Shown here in pieces: positions 28,254 to 42,122 of a stretch of DNA of 64,000 nucleotides. The DNA comes from Eledone cirrhosa (lineage: Eukaryota), in NCBI GenBank assembly GCA_964016885.1, contig OZ024740.1, positions 370,388,001 through 370,452,000 on the forward strand. The letters are read 5' to 3'. Numbering within the stretch: position 1 is the first letter of the stretch; every line of letters begins with the position of its first letter. A program made the translations under genes and the position numbers. The notes below the pieces were generated by a model, which was given only the letters and a program-made list of their open reading frames with translations, did no database searches and was not told the origin of the DNA.

Positions 28254-28527
28254 TGTAAAAGGTAAACAGAAATAACAACACAATCGGTACAGTATATGGA
28301 ACTTGCAAAGATGTCAACATGAATGGACCTCTTATTTTTATCTAAAGACATTTTTTCCAATTCCAACCCGCCCGTTCCCTCAATCTATCTTATTTCTCAG
28401 CCTTTCTTCTGATGAAGGACTAGCGTCCGAAACGTTAAGACCCTCTTCCTGCTATATCAAGCGTTAACCTAGTATATCACTTCCATTTACTGTACCGATT
28501 GTGTTGTTATTTCTGTTTACATTTTAC
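28254..28527. mobile_element. Mini-element with ~45 bp terminal inverted arms enclosing a hammerhead
   Basis: GTAAACAGAAATAACAACACAATCGGTACAGTA near 28262 is the reverse complement of sequence near 28488-28520. Flanked by TA-rich microsatellite. Confidence 0.8.
28405..28440 (+). ncRNA. Minimal type-I hammerhead ribozyme
   Basis: TCTT-CTGATGA-A-GGAC(TAGC)GTCC-GAAAC-GTT-AAGA; palindromic ACGT stem III. Confidence 0.75.
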
Positions 28528-28529
28528 AC

Positions 28530-28560
<31 letters not shown>

Positions 28561-28639
28561 CTATGAATCGGAGTTATAGCCGCAATATAACAAATATTAA
28601 TCGAATTGTTTGAGGCTGGCACAAAATAATCCCCTCCTT

Positions 28640-29200
28640 CTTTTGTTTGTAAAAATCTTCCATGGGCTATCTTCATCCAGGATAGTTTAATAATGAGATT
28701 TATCGATGGAGTCCCAACGTTCCTAGAATCCTTTGAACAGTGAGAGACCGAGACCAGATGATGGGTTAATTCAAGAATGTGTTGGCAGCAAGCAAGCCAC
28801 AAGTTGGATGTTTTCATAGCTGCTTCAATTTTTGTATTGGCTCCTTTGTGCATGCTGTGTTACGGGTAGTGTTGTCGAAGGACATACCAATTATTCTATC
28901 TACAATTTTGAGTCGTTGAACTTCCTTCAAAATGACATCAGCGACTTGTTATCCGGTTCCATCTCTTCTTTTGTCTTCAGATGCGATATTTTTTCATTCG
29001 AGAACGTCTTGGCTTGCAATGACAAAAATGTCTTCGAAATCATTTTACAAATTTCACACTTTGCAATTACTTTCTCTTTCATCCTTGATTTTTCTTTTTT
29101 TAATCCTTGATTGTCCTTATACAATTCCTCGATTGAAGTGCGGTTGTTTCTTTCTGTTTTGGTAGGGTTATTTGCTTTTCACCACACTGCTTGGATCTTC
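28640..29200 (-). mobile_element. hATm-like DNA transposase fragment
   Basis: IIGMSFDNTTRNT..MHKGANTKIE..NLWLACCQHILEL resembles SFDTTASNTG..GAC..LLWLACRHHILEL (from memory). Confidence 0.6.
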
Positions 29201-29669
29201 TAGCTAATGTCTTTTAATGGAACTAAATTTGTCACGCTGAGTTCGATGTGATTATAGAGAAAACACAAGAGATGATGGTTGGTGTTTGGGTGATGGTGGT
29301 ACTCTTGTAAATGATGGCGGTGGTGTATGTGATTGTGAAGGTGGTTGTGGAACAGTAATAATGGTATTTGCAGTGGTTCTGTTATAATGGTAGTGCCGGT
29401 GGTGGTGTTATAATGATAGGGGTGGTGAGGGTATCCCAATAGTAGTGGGGATCGTGGGGGTGGTTGTGGTTGTGGTGTAGTCGGTGCTGGCGGTGGTGTA
29501 GAGGTACCTGACTACAATCAACAAAAGGCAGGAACCTGTGTAAAACCTAAATATACTCTTTTCTTCTCGTACTTTCACCAGTGTAGCTTTTGTTTGAAAT
29601 GGATTCAGTGCGCAATCGATATGAGGTGATTTCAACAAAAAGCATTTTCCCTATAAATATGAAACATCC

Positions 29670-29810
<141 letters not shown>

Positions 29811-29815
29811 GTGTT

Positions 29816-29852
<37 letters not shown>

Positions 29853-29856
<4 letters not shown>

Positions 29857-30129
29857 GAATAAAAATAACAATGATTAACTTACATTAAATTACTTAATTG
29901 ATTTACGAACGTTTCAATCAATACAGCGGGGAAATATATTTCAGGTGTATTGATTTCTTGAGAATCTATTAAACAACATAAATAACATAATTATTTATCA
30001 GAGACATGTCCGAACTTTCTGAAAAAAATCAATACAGTAGAAATGTATTTTCTTGTTGTTTTGATTGAAACGTTCGTAAATCAATTAAATAATTTAATGT
30101 AATTTAATCCCGGTTATTTTTATTCATTT
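29853..30129. mobile_element. Fold-back module with ~110 bp imperfect inverted arms, each carrying a degenerate HHR
   Basis: Minus arm: CTCAAGA-AATCAATACA..TGTATTGATT-GAAACGTT. Plus arm: CTGAAAA-AATCAATACA..TTGATT-GAAACGTT. Confidence 0.7.
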
Positions 30130-30518
30130 TATATATGCTCTGTGATATTCAAACTCTACTGTGATTGGACATTTACAGATTATATTAAATTCAGAACTGT
30201 ATTTTACCTATCTTGCTGTTGACTATACAATCACATTTATGTTTGTGTATACAGCAAGCCTTTTCAAAAGTCTCAGCAGTGGTCACCTCTGTCTCAGAAC
30301 CGCAGACTATCTCTCTCTCTATATATATATATATATAGAGAGAGAGCGAGAGAAAGGGGGGGGGGGAGAAAGAGAGATTTGGAAACCAATAAATATTCTT
30401 AAAAAGACTCCAGTTGCATTTTCGATTTCTTTTCCTTATACTTTCACTCGTGTAGGACATCTCGTTTTTTTTTTTCATTTAAAAAAAAACCCTCATTTTC
30501 TTTTATATATATATATAT

Positions 30519-31019
30519 TAGGATTGGTGCTCTGAAATAGTGGTGTATACATGAATGTATGTATAGTATATTTGGCATTATACCGTATGTTTAATTAAAA
30601 ACAATTTGAAGACCTTGTGCTATTAGTTTTATAGTAGTGACTATGTCACTTACTTCTTTCTAATTAAACATATGGTATATTGCCAAATATACCATACATA
30701 CATTCATGTATACATCGCTACTTCAGAGCACCAATCCTATTTTTTTATTTTTGCTGGACCGGCAATCGCTCTGTATAATCAGTTCCTGATTATTACTCGA
30801 ATTCTATAAGAATCCAGCCTCTATAATTTTCGGCAAAGGCGGCGAGTACGGTGCTCTGAGGATCGCCAACAGCGTGAAACAGAATCTGTCACCTTCTCTC
30901 CATTTTTTGCCGAAAAAAGAAGTAAGTGACATAGTCACTACTTTAAAAATGAAAGCGCAAGTTCTTGAAAATGTTTTTAATTAAACATGCGGTATATTGC
31001 CAAATATACTATGCATACA

Positions 31020-31025
<6 letters not shown>
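30519..31025. mobile_element. (TA)n-embedded module with nested inverted/direct duplications and an HHR at 30850-30893 (+); same family as 48565-48817
   Basis: 30519-30598 is inverted at 30661-30739 and partly again at ~30915-31025. HHR: CTGAGGA-TCGC(CAACA)GCGT-GAAACAGAATCTGTC. Confidence 0.8.
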
Positions 31026-31078
<53 letters not shown>

Positions 31079-31166
31079 CGAAGAAGGTGTAGTAAGATAC
31101 CAGGTGTACCATTACGCACCAGAGTACTCGATAGTTAGGGTAGTAGAGTGAGTAATATGAAAAGAG

Positions 31167-31202
<36 letters not shown>

Positions 31203-32569
31203 ATCCCGGGTTCAATCAGAGGTAACCACAGTAAGTAAGGTACTCAATACATACCAGAGTATAAATGTATATATACATGTGTATAAAGCTCATCTATGGG
31301 GTTAAGAGAATATATGAACTCCCTGAGTATGATGCAGTGGAGTTATCCCGTTCAGCTCAAACTTGGTTCATGCACTCGATGCCAACTGATTCATTTATTT
31401 GTCTAAGCTTTGTAACATAAGTTTGTATAGATATTATATTGATTGAACAATCGTATTTTATGTAACGCGTCTTGTTTTTCTTAATAGTTGATTCAATGCT
31501 AATTACACCTGTCGCTTATATTCCGAGTTGTCTCTCATATACAGGTTTCAGTGTAATTTGCACTTAATCTTTCTATGCATTATGTACGTTACTGTCATAT
31601 GTACAACCTTTTATACAGTTGGTTGTGTGACATATCATTTTTACAACTCTGTCTTAAAACTTTGAATGAATCTAATCGGTATAATGGATATAGTTTTATT
31701 TGTTAATCTCAGGCTTAAATATTAAGGTTAAGAGATCTGATTAGCGACATCATTAAAAGATCTGATTGGACATGGTATTCGATCTGGCTCACTCTGTTCT
31801 GGCAGAGGTCAATTTTGACTTTCATCCTTTCGAGATCGGTAAAAATGCACTGGGATGTTACTGTCTTTTATTTTTTTTATCTATATTAATTCTTTCTCAT
31901 TCTCTATCTTCTCTGGAAGGAATTGGAGGCATTTAGATTTTGAGAAGAATGGGTTTTACCACGTTTTAGTTCCCAAGAAAAAAAGACACATATCACTACC
32001 GTGCCCCTAAGACTCCATCTGAACTTACATACAATATTGAAGTAACTTTCTCCGGATGATTTTCTTAAACCTATCACATAAATCATTATTATTGCATCTG
32101 ACATCTACAAACACTATATTAACAAAGATTGTGTTTATCGTACCATGATAGAAATAAGTATGATAGTATGATATCCCAAACTTGTTCAACGTACAAAGCA
32201 TATTCCATTCGCATCATGTTTTACAATACTTTCAAACTTTGTCTTACACCCGCTATACTCTCCGACTCATATTTTTATAGCTAGCGCCCTATTGAATATG
32301 ATTAGGATGTTCAGTTTCGGAGTGTTCTTTAATATGAGTAGGCCATGAAACAGTCGACCAGGGGCCCTCCATAGAGAAAGCAAAGACAGTTGCAAGCAAT
32401 TAATAAATGAATCGAACTATAATAAAGAAAAGAGTTCAATTTACAATCTGAATGCGGGTTGAAGCACTGGAGGTTTAAAATAATGAAATGAATCTCTCGA
32501 ATAAAACCGACACAGATTCGGTCGTTTTCTCAGTTCCACGATTATTTGTCTGTATTATTAAGACACATA

Positions 32570-32752
32570 TTGGCAGTATCGGTAGAGGGTCGGACGCCAT
32601 GCTTTGACGCATAGAGTTTCGGTCCTTGCCATACTGAGTTCAAATCCAGCCGAGGTTAACTTTGCCTTTCATCCTTACGGGGTCGATAAAATAAAGTACC
32701 AGTAATATACTGAGTAACTGCTGGCCTTCTGCCAAAATTAGAAACAATTATT
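32570..32752 (+). mobile_element. SINE family A with 14 bp TSD
   Basis: ATTATTAAGACACA at 32554-32567 and 32747-32760. Confidence 0.88.
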
Positions 32753-32891
32753 AAGACACAAAGTCAAAAACGTTTGGGTGCACACTTATACGGTAATTAG
32801 TGAGAAAACGATTTCATGTGAGTAGAACATTTCATTTTCCGGCCCCGGACCAATACACTGGTTTCTGTGACTCTGACCTGCTAGCGGCAGT

Positions 32892-32939
32892 CCGAATATC
32901 CGAATACCCGAATACCCGAATATCCGAATATCCGAATAC
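32892..32939 (+). repeat. (CCGAATAY)6 minisatellite
   Basis: Direct inspection. Confidence 0.9.
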
Positions 32940-33311
32940 ATATGCATACATATATATATGTGTGTGTGTGTGTGTACGTGTGAGTGAAAGTGTGTGCGTG
33001 ACCGAGTGTTTAAAGTGTTGGACTAACGATTATAATGTCATAGACAAGATTCCTGAATACGTTTGCGTGTTGTATTCTTGAGTAAAAAATTTCATTTCAC
33101 GTTGTTCCAGTATATTCAGCTGAAAATGATTACCAAAAGCAGCTGGTAGTTTAATCCTACGATAGGCTGGCGCCAATCGTGTAATGCCAAGGAGAGCAGA
33201 TTAAGCACCGGCTTAATTAGCCTCCAAGCTTGTGACAGACTTTCGATTTTATACACATATATATATATATATAATTGTTCCTACTTTAGGCACAAGGCTA
33301 GCAATTACCCA

Positions 33312-33375
<64 letters not shown>

Positions 33376-33499
33376 AATGGCTTCTACAGGACTAGAACTA
33401 TTTCATTCGGGAGAAAGCATCAGGGATGAAATATTTATAGTCTGCTACGTATTGAGTACCTTAGTTACAGTGGTTACCCCCGATTGAATCCGAGATAAA

Positions 33500-33530
<31 letters not shown>

Positions 33531-33538
<8 letters not shown>

Positions 33539-33891
33539 GTGAGGTTTCTTTTACAAAATGAAAAATAACCGAGGTGTCCTACACGAGTGAAAGTATAAAG
33601 AAAAAGAGATGAAATCGAAAATGCAACTGGAGTCTTATTTTTTGTTTAAATATATATATTTCTTTGGTTCCTTTACCGGTTTCGCAGTTCTTCTGCTTTT
33701 CAAAATGTGAGTTGAGATGGAGGGTCTGTGGTTTTTCTCACATCTGAGAAAAACCACAGACCCTCCATTTCAACTCACCTTTTGAAAAGCAGAAGAACTC
33801 TGAAACCGGTAAAGGAACCAAAGAAATGTATATATTTTTTTTAAAAATAAGACTCCAGTTGCATTTTCGATTTCATCTCTTTTTCTTTATA
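33531..33891. mobile_element. Fold-back module (~145 bp arms, centre ~33742) with U3-A8 variant HHR in each arm; related copies at 30380-30505 and 47703-47940
   Basis: Consensus of the arms: CCTT-TTGAAAA-GCAG(AAGAA)CTGC-GAAACCGGTA-AAGG (33670-33707 minus; 33778-33815 plus). Confidence 0.8.
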
Positions 33892-34194
33892 TATATATAT
33901 ATATGTGTGTGTATGTGTGTATATAATATTGGGTATGAATCGAAGTTGTAACTGCAATATGGCAAGTACTAATCGAATTGTTTGAGACAATTACAAAGAA
34001 ACTCAGTTGAGCGAGAAGTTAACACATTATCGTCTAGATTAAACACAAAAGTTAATAAAATGTGACACCAGAAATACGACCAGAGACAGTGGCCATACTT
34101 ATGCCATAACAAAGGTAAATACAAATTGATTGAAGACTACACACACATATATAAGACACACATATATATATAAACATATATATGTGTGTATGTG

Positions 34195-34271
<77 letters not shown>

Positions 34272-35265
34272 GCGGGTATGTGTGTGTGCGTACGTGGATG
34301 TGTTGATATCCAGTAGTTTCCATACATTGTAAATTATAGGTTTATATAATGAAATAACGACTACTGAAATTACGAAACTACTTTCGATTTGATTTGTTTT
34401 GATGTGTTTATTCACTTGCGTTCTCTTCACCACCGCCTAATCCTGATTAAGATTCCTAAAAGCAAAACAAACAAACAAACCAATAATCAAACACATTCAC
34501 CGTAGGAGTATTTTGCGTCGTTTGTAAATGCTATGTTAACTGTGTATTAAATAAACTAACTGACCTTAGAAATATTGATTTTATAATTGCCAACCACTTT
34601 AAAAGCTTATTAAGCGGCGCTTTTAAATATTTCTACAAGGACCCCAATAGAAATGAATGGGATTATGAAAGGGGACATTTTTACTATTAATTGACTCATT
34701 AAAAATCTTCCAAGTACGTTTAAACTAGCATTTAAGTCATAATTGTAGTATATATTTGGTACGATTGTTATTTGTGTCTATGTATTTGGTGTACGTTAGT
34801 GCATATTTATTTCTAATTGCATCAGTGTCCTTTCATTTATCTCTTTATTTGTGTATATCTTATTTTTCCATTCATACATACATCCATTCATACATGTACA
34901 CATACATACACATTTGCGTACTTACATACATACATACAAACATACATACATGCATACATACATACATACATACATACATACATACATACATACATACATA
35001 CATACATACATACATACATACATACATACATACATGTACAGAAATACATATAGATAGAGTACATACATTCAGATAGAGTCGCACAGCCTGATTATAGCAA
35101 GTGGGAAAAATTCAAAAAGCTGTGATTATCCTCATAATTTCAAGATATATCCTTGTTTTAGGGATGTTCAGCTGATAACAAGCAAGCAAGGGCGTGAACA
35201 TCTTTAGTTATTTGTAACTTTTGAATATAATGCCTTAGGAGTGGACATTATCTATCAACCAAAAG

Positions 35266-35452
35266 GGCGGTGAATTGGCAGTATCGGTAGAGGGTTGGAC
35301 GCCATGCTTTCTAGCATAGTTACGTCCCTTTACAGTCTGAGTTCAAATCCCTCCGAGGTTAACTTTGCCTTTCATCCTTACGTGGTCGATTAAATAAAGT
35401 ACCAGTAATGTACTGGCTAATTGCTGGCCTTGTGCCTAAAGTAGAAACAATT
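35266..35452 (+). mobile_element. Full-length SINE family A with 16 bp TSD; another copy at 35570-35787
   Basis: ATTATCTATCAACCAA at 35247-35262 and 35450-35465. Confidence 0.9.
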
Positions 35453-35799
35453 ATCTATCAACCAACTTAATTTGCAACGTACATGTTTCGATTTTATCTA
35501 ATATGTGCTCAGTGTGCTCATTAGACTTTACCTAATATGTGCTCAGTGTCTAGTTATAGTATTATTATTAGATTGGCAGTCTCGGTAGAGCGTCGGATAA
35601 TATGTGTTTTGACATAGCATTACATCCTTTTGCGTTCTGAGTTCAAATCCCGCCGATTTTAGTTTTGCCTTTCATCCTTACGGAGTCGATAAAATAAAAT
35701 ACCAGAGACGAACTGGGATCGATTTAATCGACTTCCCCTCCCCCCAAATTACTGGCCTTGTGCCTATACTAAAAATCATTATTATTAATGTATTATTTC

Positions 35800-38700
35800 G
35801 CTTAATTCTGTTCTGTTTCTCTGTTGCCTGATTCAGGCCTTGAGTCTAAGGCAATAGAAGTTTTCATTATAGAGAAAGAGAGTTCGTCTGCTAATGTGCT
35901 GTTCCTAGTCGCCCAAACTTCTGTAACTCATGTTTACTGATTCTGCAGGGAAAGTCGCCAACCTGAACCTCTAATGATTTGGGTATTAATTCTAGTGATC
36001 CTGTTACCATAGGGATATTGTTGGTGATCATCCTCCACATGCGGTTGATCTCTATCTCTAAGTCTTTGTACATTGGCGGTTTTTACAGATGTATTCTTGT
36101 CAAGTGGTACAGCTTCATTATTTAGGTGTATGTCTTCAGTTTGTAGTTATTTCCTGTATTTTCCTGCCTCGTTGAGTACTGAATGGATTTTGGTTTTCAT
36201 GTTCTCTTACTAACACCTTCATGCAGTCATTGGTGCTCTCTAGGTACGTTTGTAAGACTATTGTAGCTATTTTGTAAGATAGTTTCAGTTAGATGGGTCC
36301 TTTTCTCCCTTCTTGTCTTGGCAAATTTGGGCGAGCTACATTTGCTTTGGGGTGGTGCATTTTGTTGGCTGTAAGGAGTTTTTGAGATTCGGAGTCCATT
36401 CCTTGAACAGCTTATATGTTCCGATTGATGATGTTATAACTATATCGTACCACTGCTACTGCTAAGTTGTTTATAGAATGGGAACGGTTTTTAGAATTTA
36501 GTTCGGTTTTCAGAATCAGCCTTACTCTTTTGTAATATTTTTCCGTAATTTCTCGTTCATTTGATTGTGTTTAATTCCATCACCTTCTATTATGCCAAGC
36601 TATTTATAGGTACCGACTTGGTCTAATTCCTGTATGGTTGTATCTATATCGAATTTAACAGATGATGTGTTTGTTAGCGTTCCTCTTTTAAACATTGCTT
36701 TGGCGCCTTTTAAATGCCAAATTCCGTGCCAATGTTATTACTAAATTGCTTCACAGTTGTTAAAAGTCCTTCTTTTAGGTCATCCATAAAAATCAAGTGA
36801 TTAACGATCTTATTGTTGCTGTTCATCTTATATCCGTATCCCGTGTTGTTGAGCTCACTTTATATTGTAAAGAGAGCAAGGCAACATAAAAGAGGGGAAA
36901 AGGATCACTTTGGAATATTCTGCAATTCATTTTAATTTTATTTGACTTTATGACTCCTTTATTATGGTTAAAAAAGAGGGTTGTAGGCGATATTTTCTAA
37001 ATTTCCAGGGCTTCCAATATCCATCCATATAAGCATTGCCATAGGCTTTTCTATAATCAATCCAAGCAGTGATTAAATTTTTATTCTTGGACCGACAATT
37101 TTCTAAAATCATCTTATTAATTAATAGTTGGTCTTTGCACCCAAAGAAGTTCTGTTTTCCTCCTTTTTGTTCTTGTGGAATGATTTCATTTTCATCAAGG
37201 TATTTGTATATCCGCTCAGTTATTATACATGTCAAGATTTTGTAAGTCGTAGACAAGATATTGGACGACGGATTTTTTTTTTGGGGGGGGGGGGGTTGTC
37301 AGCCGTTTTGGGGAGAAGGTATATTGTGATTTCTGTCATCCAGTTCGGGGTGTATTTCAGATTTTGTATTATAGACGTAATTTCATTAGCAAGTTGTTTA
37401 TGCATCTCTGTAAGTGCATTTAACCAAACGTTACGAATTCCGTCTATCCCAGGGGATTTCCATTTATGTGCTTTACTAAGTGCCAGCTGTAACTCTCGCA
37501 GCTCTATTACTTGCCATTCCTTTTGTCTATTTCTTTATTAATCCATTCAGCTTCTTTATTATATTATTTTTCATTGCTCCATATTTTCCCAGAATTGTAG
37601 AACCTCATTCATATTAGGTGGTTCCTTAATCTCCACTGGCTGTTTCCCTATTTCTCAGTAAAATTTCTCTGCATCAGTTTGGAAGATTTTGTTTGTAGAA
37701 CTTGCCTCTCTTATAGTATCATCTAACTCTCTGTGCTTTGATCTGGATACGTTGTTTCAGCTTCTCATTGGTTCTCAATAGATTCTCGTTATTTGTAATT
37801 ATTTTTACTTTCTTTTAACTGTTCTTGCTTTTCTAGTCTTTACAGCGCTGCTTAGCTCTTCGACTGTTCACAATTTCACTCTTTGGTTATCAATTTCTTT
37901 TTTAATTTTTCTTTCCATTCAGGTCGCTTATGAACATGTCTGGTTTTCTTATTCTTAATTTTAAGACCAATTTTGCAGCTTATAGCTTTAGCTGTAGAGT
38001 ATACGACTTTGGTAAGTGAGGTCAAATCGTTTTCACCCTCTGTTAAAACTCCCTTCATTACAGCATTGTAAATTTTAATCTCATATTCTCTGAGTATTCA
38101 TTCTGTTCTTCTGAATCTTAGATAAGTTGTCTCTGTTTTTCATTTCGGTGTATAAGGTTTCCTGTTATCATTTCCATTATCCTGAGCAGCTGGTTCCCTA
38201 TGATATTCTTTACCAATATTTATATTCTGTTCGATTCTGTTCGTCAATCTTCTCATTGACTTCTTCCGACATGTTATCAATTGTTACTGTCGGTGTCCTG
38301 GTGTTGTTAGGCTGTATTGGTATTTCTGGTTCTCTGACATTACATTGTGTTTCTGTTCTAATTCAAACGATGTCAATTTATTTTCTTTTAGAATGTGTGT
38401 TTCCTAGTTTATAGATATCTACGTACAAGCAGATGTTTTCGCCGACCAGTTTCCTCCCCTCAGTGTATATTTCTTTTGTAACATTTCATTAAGGAATGTT
38501 TAACGCCGTATAGAATGCTAACGTAACCTGTTTATATTCCTCCCTAGTACATTCTAGTTTTGTTTTCTGATTCCGAGTGCTGTTTGTTCTACTGGTTGGG
38601 GATTTTCCGGTTCTGGTGACCTGTTGAACTGTTAGAAGGGGAGATTGCTCCAGTTGTCGACTTTTCGATCCCAGGCCGTTGCATCACTGGGAGACGCGTC

Positions 38701-38990
38701 CCTTGGGAAGCCGCGTGATGGACGTTGTGGTATAACCTAGGGGGTTTAGGCATTTTGGACTTATATATCCCGTTTTATCCTTACTGGCAAGAAGTATATA
38801 TTCATGTACCACACTAGACATGTTTGGTTAAAGAAGCTTAGAGAGGCCAGTCTGTCCACATTGGGGTGGGTTTATCTGAGCTGACCACCGTCCCAATATT
38901 TCGAAACCCCCGCAGCGTCCAAACTAAATAAAAAAATAAAAACCCTGAGTAAGGACTGAGAGTCTAATGCAAGTCTCTACACTTAAGTGA
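35800..38990 (-). mobile_element. Decayed, near full-length R4/Dong-like RLE LINE
   Basis: STTYKILTCII..IIPQEQKG..GCKDQLLINKMILENC..AWIDYRKAY; NHLIFMDDL; YKDLEIEINRMW..PMVTGSL..ELQK..LGTAH. Confidence 0.85.
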
Positions 38991-39010
38991 TTATTATTAT
39001 CATTATCAAT

Positions 39011-39203
39011 GGGCGGTGGATTGACAGTATCGGTAGAGAGTCGGACACCATGCTTTGAAGCATAGAGTTACGGCCCTTGCCATTCTGAGTTCAAATCCCG
39101 CCGAGGTTAACTTTGCCTTTCATCCTTACGGGGTCGATAAAATAAAGTACCAGTAATGTACTGGGTTATTGCTGGCTTTGTGCCAAAAATAGAAACAATT
39201 ATT
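39011..39203 (+). mobile_element. Full-length SINE family A with ~18 bp TSD
   Basis: ATTATTATCATTATCAAT on both sides. Confidence 0.88.
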
Positions 39204-40089
39204 ATCATTATCAATAAACAAAGAAAGAAATAATTATCCTTATGACCATTAAAGAAATTATCGTTTACATGTTGTCCGTGATGAGTAATGTTTGCTTTCA
39301 TTTTAGTGGTGATGGTGGCTGTTGTTACACGACTAATCATTTTTTTTTTCGGTTCTGGTAGCGATACTTTTCCAAATGCGTCTCTGGCAGTAGTCATGGA
39401 GTAGTGGCGGCGATGGCGATTGGGGTGGGTGGCGATGGTGATAGAATGGTGATGGTGGTGGTGATGGAGTAATGATATGATGGGGAATTGGCTTTGTTTC
39501 TAATTTTTTGTTACATCTTTTGTTAGTTATTGTGTTTCCTTTCATATACCCAGAATCCCAATTTATACTCTACTGTACATTCCTTAATGTTTTCCTTTAT
39601 GTAAACCCTTGTAGTTCATAAATAAATCATTATTATTATTATTATCATTATTATTACTATTATATCCATTTACATATGATTCACTATGTCGGATGTTAAA
39701 AAGGTATTTCCTTATTACAATGATATATTTCCTAACCGAGCCTCATGCTTCAAGCTCGGAGCCGTTTCTTTCATATTTTCTTGTCAAGATGTAATTCTAC
39801 AGTTCCATGTACGTTGTATAGGAATTTGAGCTTTATCTTGTCATAAAGTGGAAGACCAAGAACGATAAAGAGCAACAAAAAATAGAAGTAAATAAATAAA
39901 TAAACATAGCAAAGAAGGAAGATCCTCGAAGAAGCAAAGAAACGAACATATAAAATCAGAGATATCAGTTTTCTACAAGAAGAAAAACAAGGATTATTCA
40001 TTTTTGACAGCGAATATCACTTCTTATTCATCCACAATAGGAATTAAAATACTTCTGCCGCTACTGCTGCTGTTGCTACTACTACCATC

Positions 40090-40114
40090 AATAATAATAA
40101 TAATAATAATAATA

Positions 40115-40205
<91 letters not shown>
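40090..40205. repeat. (AAT)n directly followed by (ATT)n: self-complementary microsatellite
   Basis: Direct inspection. Confidence 0.95.
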
Positions 40206-40629
40206 GAAGTAGAGGAAGAAGACGAAGGAAATGAGGAAGAAATAGAAAAAGGAAGTAGAACGAAGAATGAAGATGTTATATTGTATATAATAACAGAAAA
40301 TGACAGACTTCGAGACTCAATCGTGGGGTTGGCGGCTCTGCTCCTCTTACGTAAGATTACTGCTTGCATTTTTTAAAAACCTCAATAATCCATCCAAAGA
40401 AAATGTTTTCGTTATTTCTATACTTCATTTTCTTTCATTTTCTTTTTCTTTTCATGGTTTGCTTTTGCACGTGACATGCTTCTTTTAGAAACTTCATTCT
40501 CTTAAGATGTTCCTAGACTTGGTAGCAATAGTAGCAACAGCAGCAGCAGTAACAGCAGCTGCAGTAGCAGCAATAAAAGCAACAACAATCAAAGCTACAT
40601 ACATCATCAACAGAAGCATCATAATTATA

Positions 40630-40860
40630 ATCAGAAGGGATGCATCATGGCTGCTTCCGAATCATGGGATCCTGGTTTCTACTAGGTAAATTGAAACTGT
40701 ATAGAAGCCCGCCGGGTGGATTGTCCCTGAAATTCAAAGGTCCAGCTTTGTCATTTATTGTATGACGCTGATTCGTCTTGAGAATTACGTTAAGGGTACA
40801 TGTGTCTATGGAATACTCAACCACTTAAACGTTTAGTTCATGAATTGAATTGAAATCGAT
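40630..40860 (+). repeat. Probable second SINE-like family, diverged
   Basis: GAGAATTACGTTAAGGGTACATGTGTCTATGGAATACTCAACCACTT motif, recalled as a common octopus repeat. Single copy here. Confidence 0.35.
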
Positions 40861-41247
40861 CGAAGATCCATCAAAGTGAAAAGAATACAGTTTCCGCAAT
40901 ACATTTTTACCCTCATTCCAGCTACCAAAGCAGTAGTAGCGACACAACCACCAACATTCGGTGGAGTATTAATTCAGAACATTGAAAGTTGTAACTAAAT
41001 ACCAGGATTTGAACTCAGAACATGAAGACTCTCGGAACAAATGCTGCAAAAAAAGTGCTAATCTATCGCGCTGAAAACAACATGTTCTCATACTGCTCAC
41101 ATAGGGCCAAGATCTTCGGGACGGTGCAAAGTCAAAATATGTAGTAAAAACAAAACAAAATTTACAAACAAGAATAAAAAGAAGTAATAGGGGAATTTAC
41201 ATTGGATTAAGAATAACAATAACAATGAGGACAAATTTATAAATAAA

Positions 41248-41429
41248 TAATTGTTTCTACTTTTGGCACAAGGCCAGCAAATATCCAGTGCAATACTGGA
41301 ACTTTATTTTATCGACCCCGTAAGGATGAAAGGCAAAGTTAACTTCGGCGGGATTTGAACTCAGAATGGCAAGGGCCGTAACTCTATGCGTCAAAGCATG
41401 GCGTCCGACCCTCTACCAATACTGCCAAT
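41248..41429 (-). mobile_element. SINE family A
   Basis: Reverse complement of family A. Confidence 0.85.
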
Positions 41430-42061
41430 AATAATAAATAACATGAATTGTACAGCAGAAAAATTCAAACATGAAAATCATTAAAATGAAGGGAAGCAAA
41501 TACACAGGGGAATCCATTGTAGAGCTTCAGATTATCATGATGCACATCAGACATATGACGTATATCTTGAGAAAAAACAATAATAATAAAAGTGAAATTC
41601 AAAATAAAACAAGAAACAGGAAGCATCGGATGTATTAAAAAATAACATTAACAATAACAATATAAAACACTCTAGAACAACAAAATAAATTACTGGTGTA
41701 TCTAAACTAACAACTGAAAATAGAGACGTATTTGAAATATTAAACAATACAGTAATATTCATATATTTGGTATGTTATAGTATGTTTATTGTAATCACAT
41801 CTAGGCTAAAAACGCACATTGAATTACGCATTCTTATATTATACATTCTGTTAATGTATGCATAGACACTCCTCAAAGTCTTCTATGATTTGTGTCAAGT
41901 TTCGAAAAATCAAGCCAAGAATAAATTTTTATATGTAAATATATTCAGAGAAACTGCAATGTTTCTAGGCAAATAGAATCAAACATCCTTTAATTCTGTC
42001 TTTGGAATTCTCTCCCATTCATTCGCTCTTTGTCAGTATATTTTATTCACCCTACCCCCTA

Positions 42062-42122
<61 letters not shown>

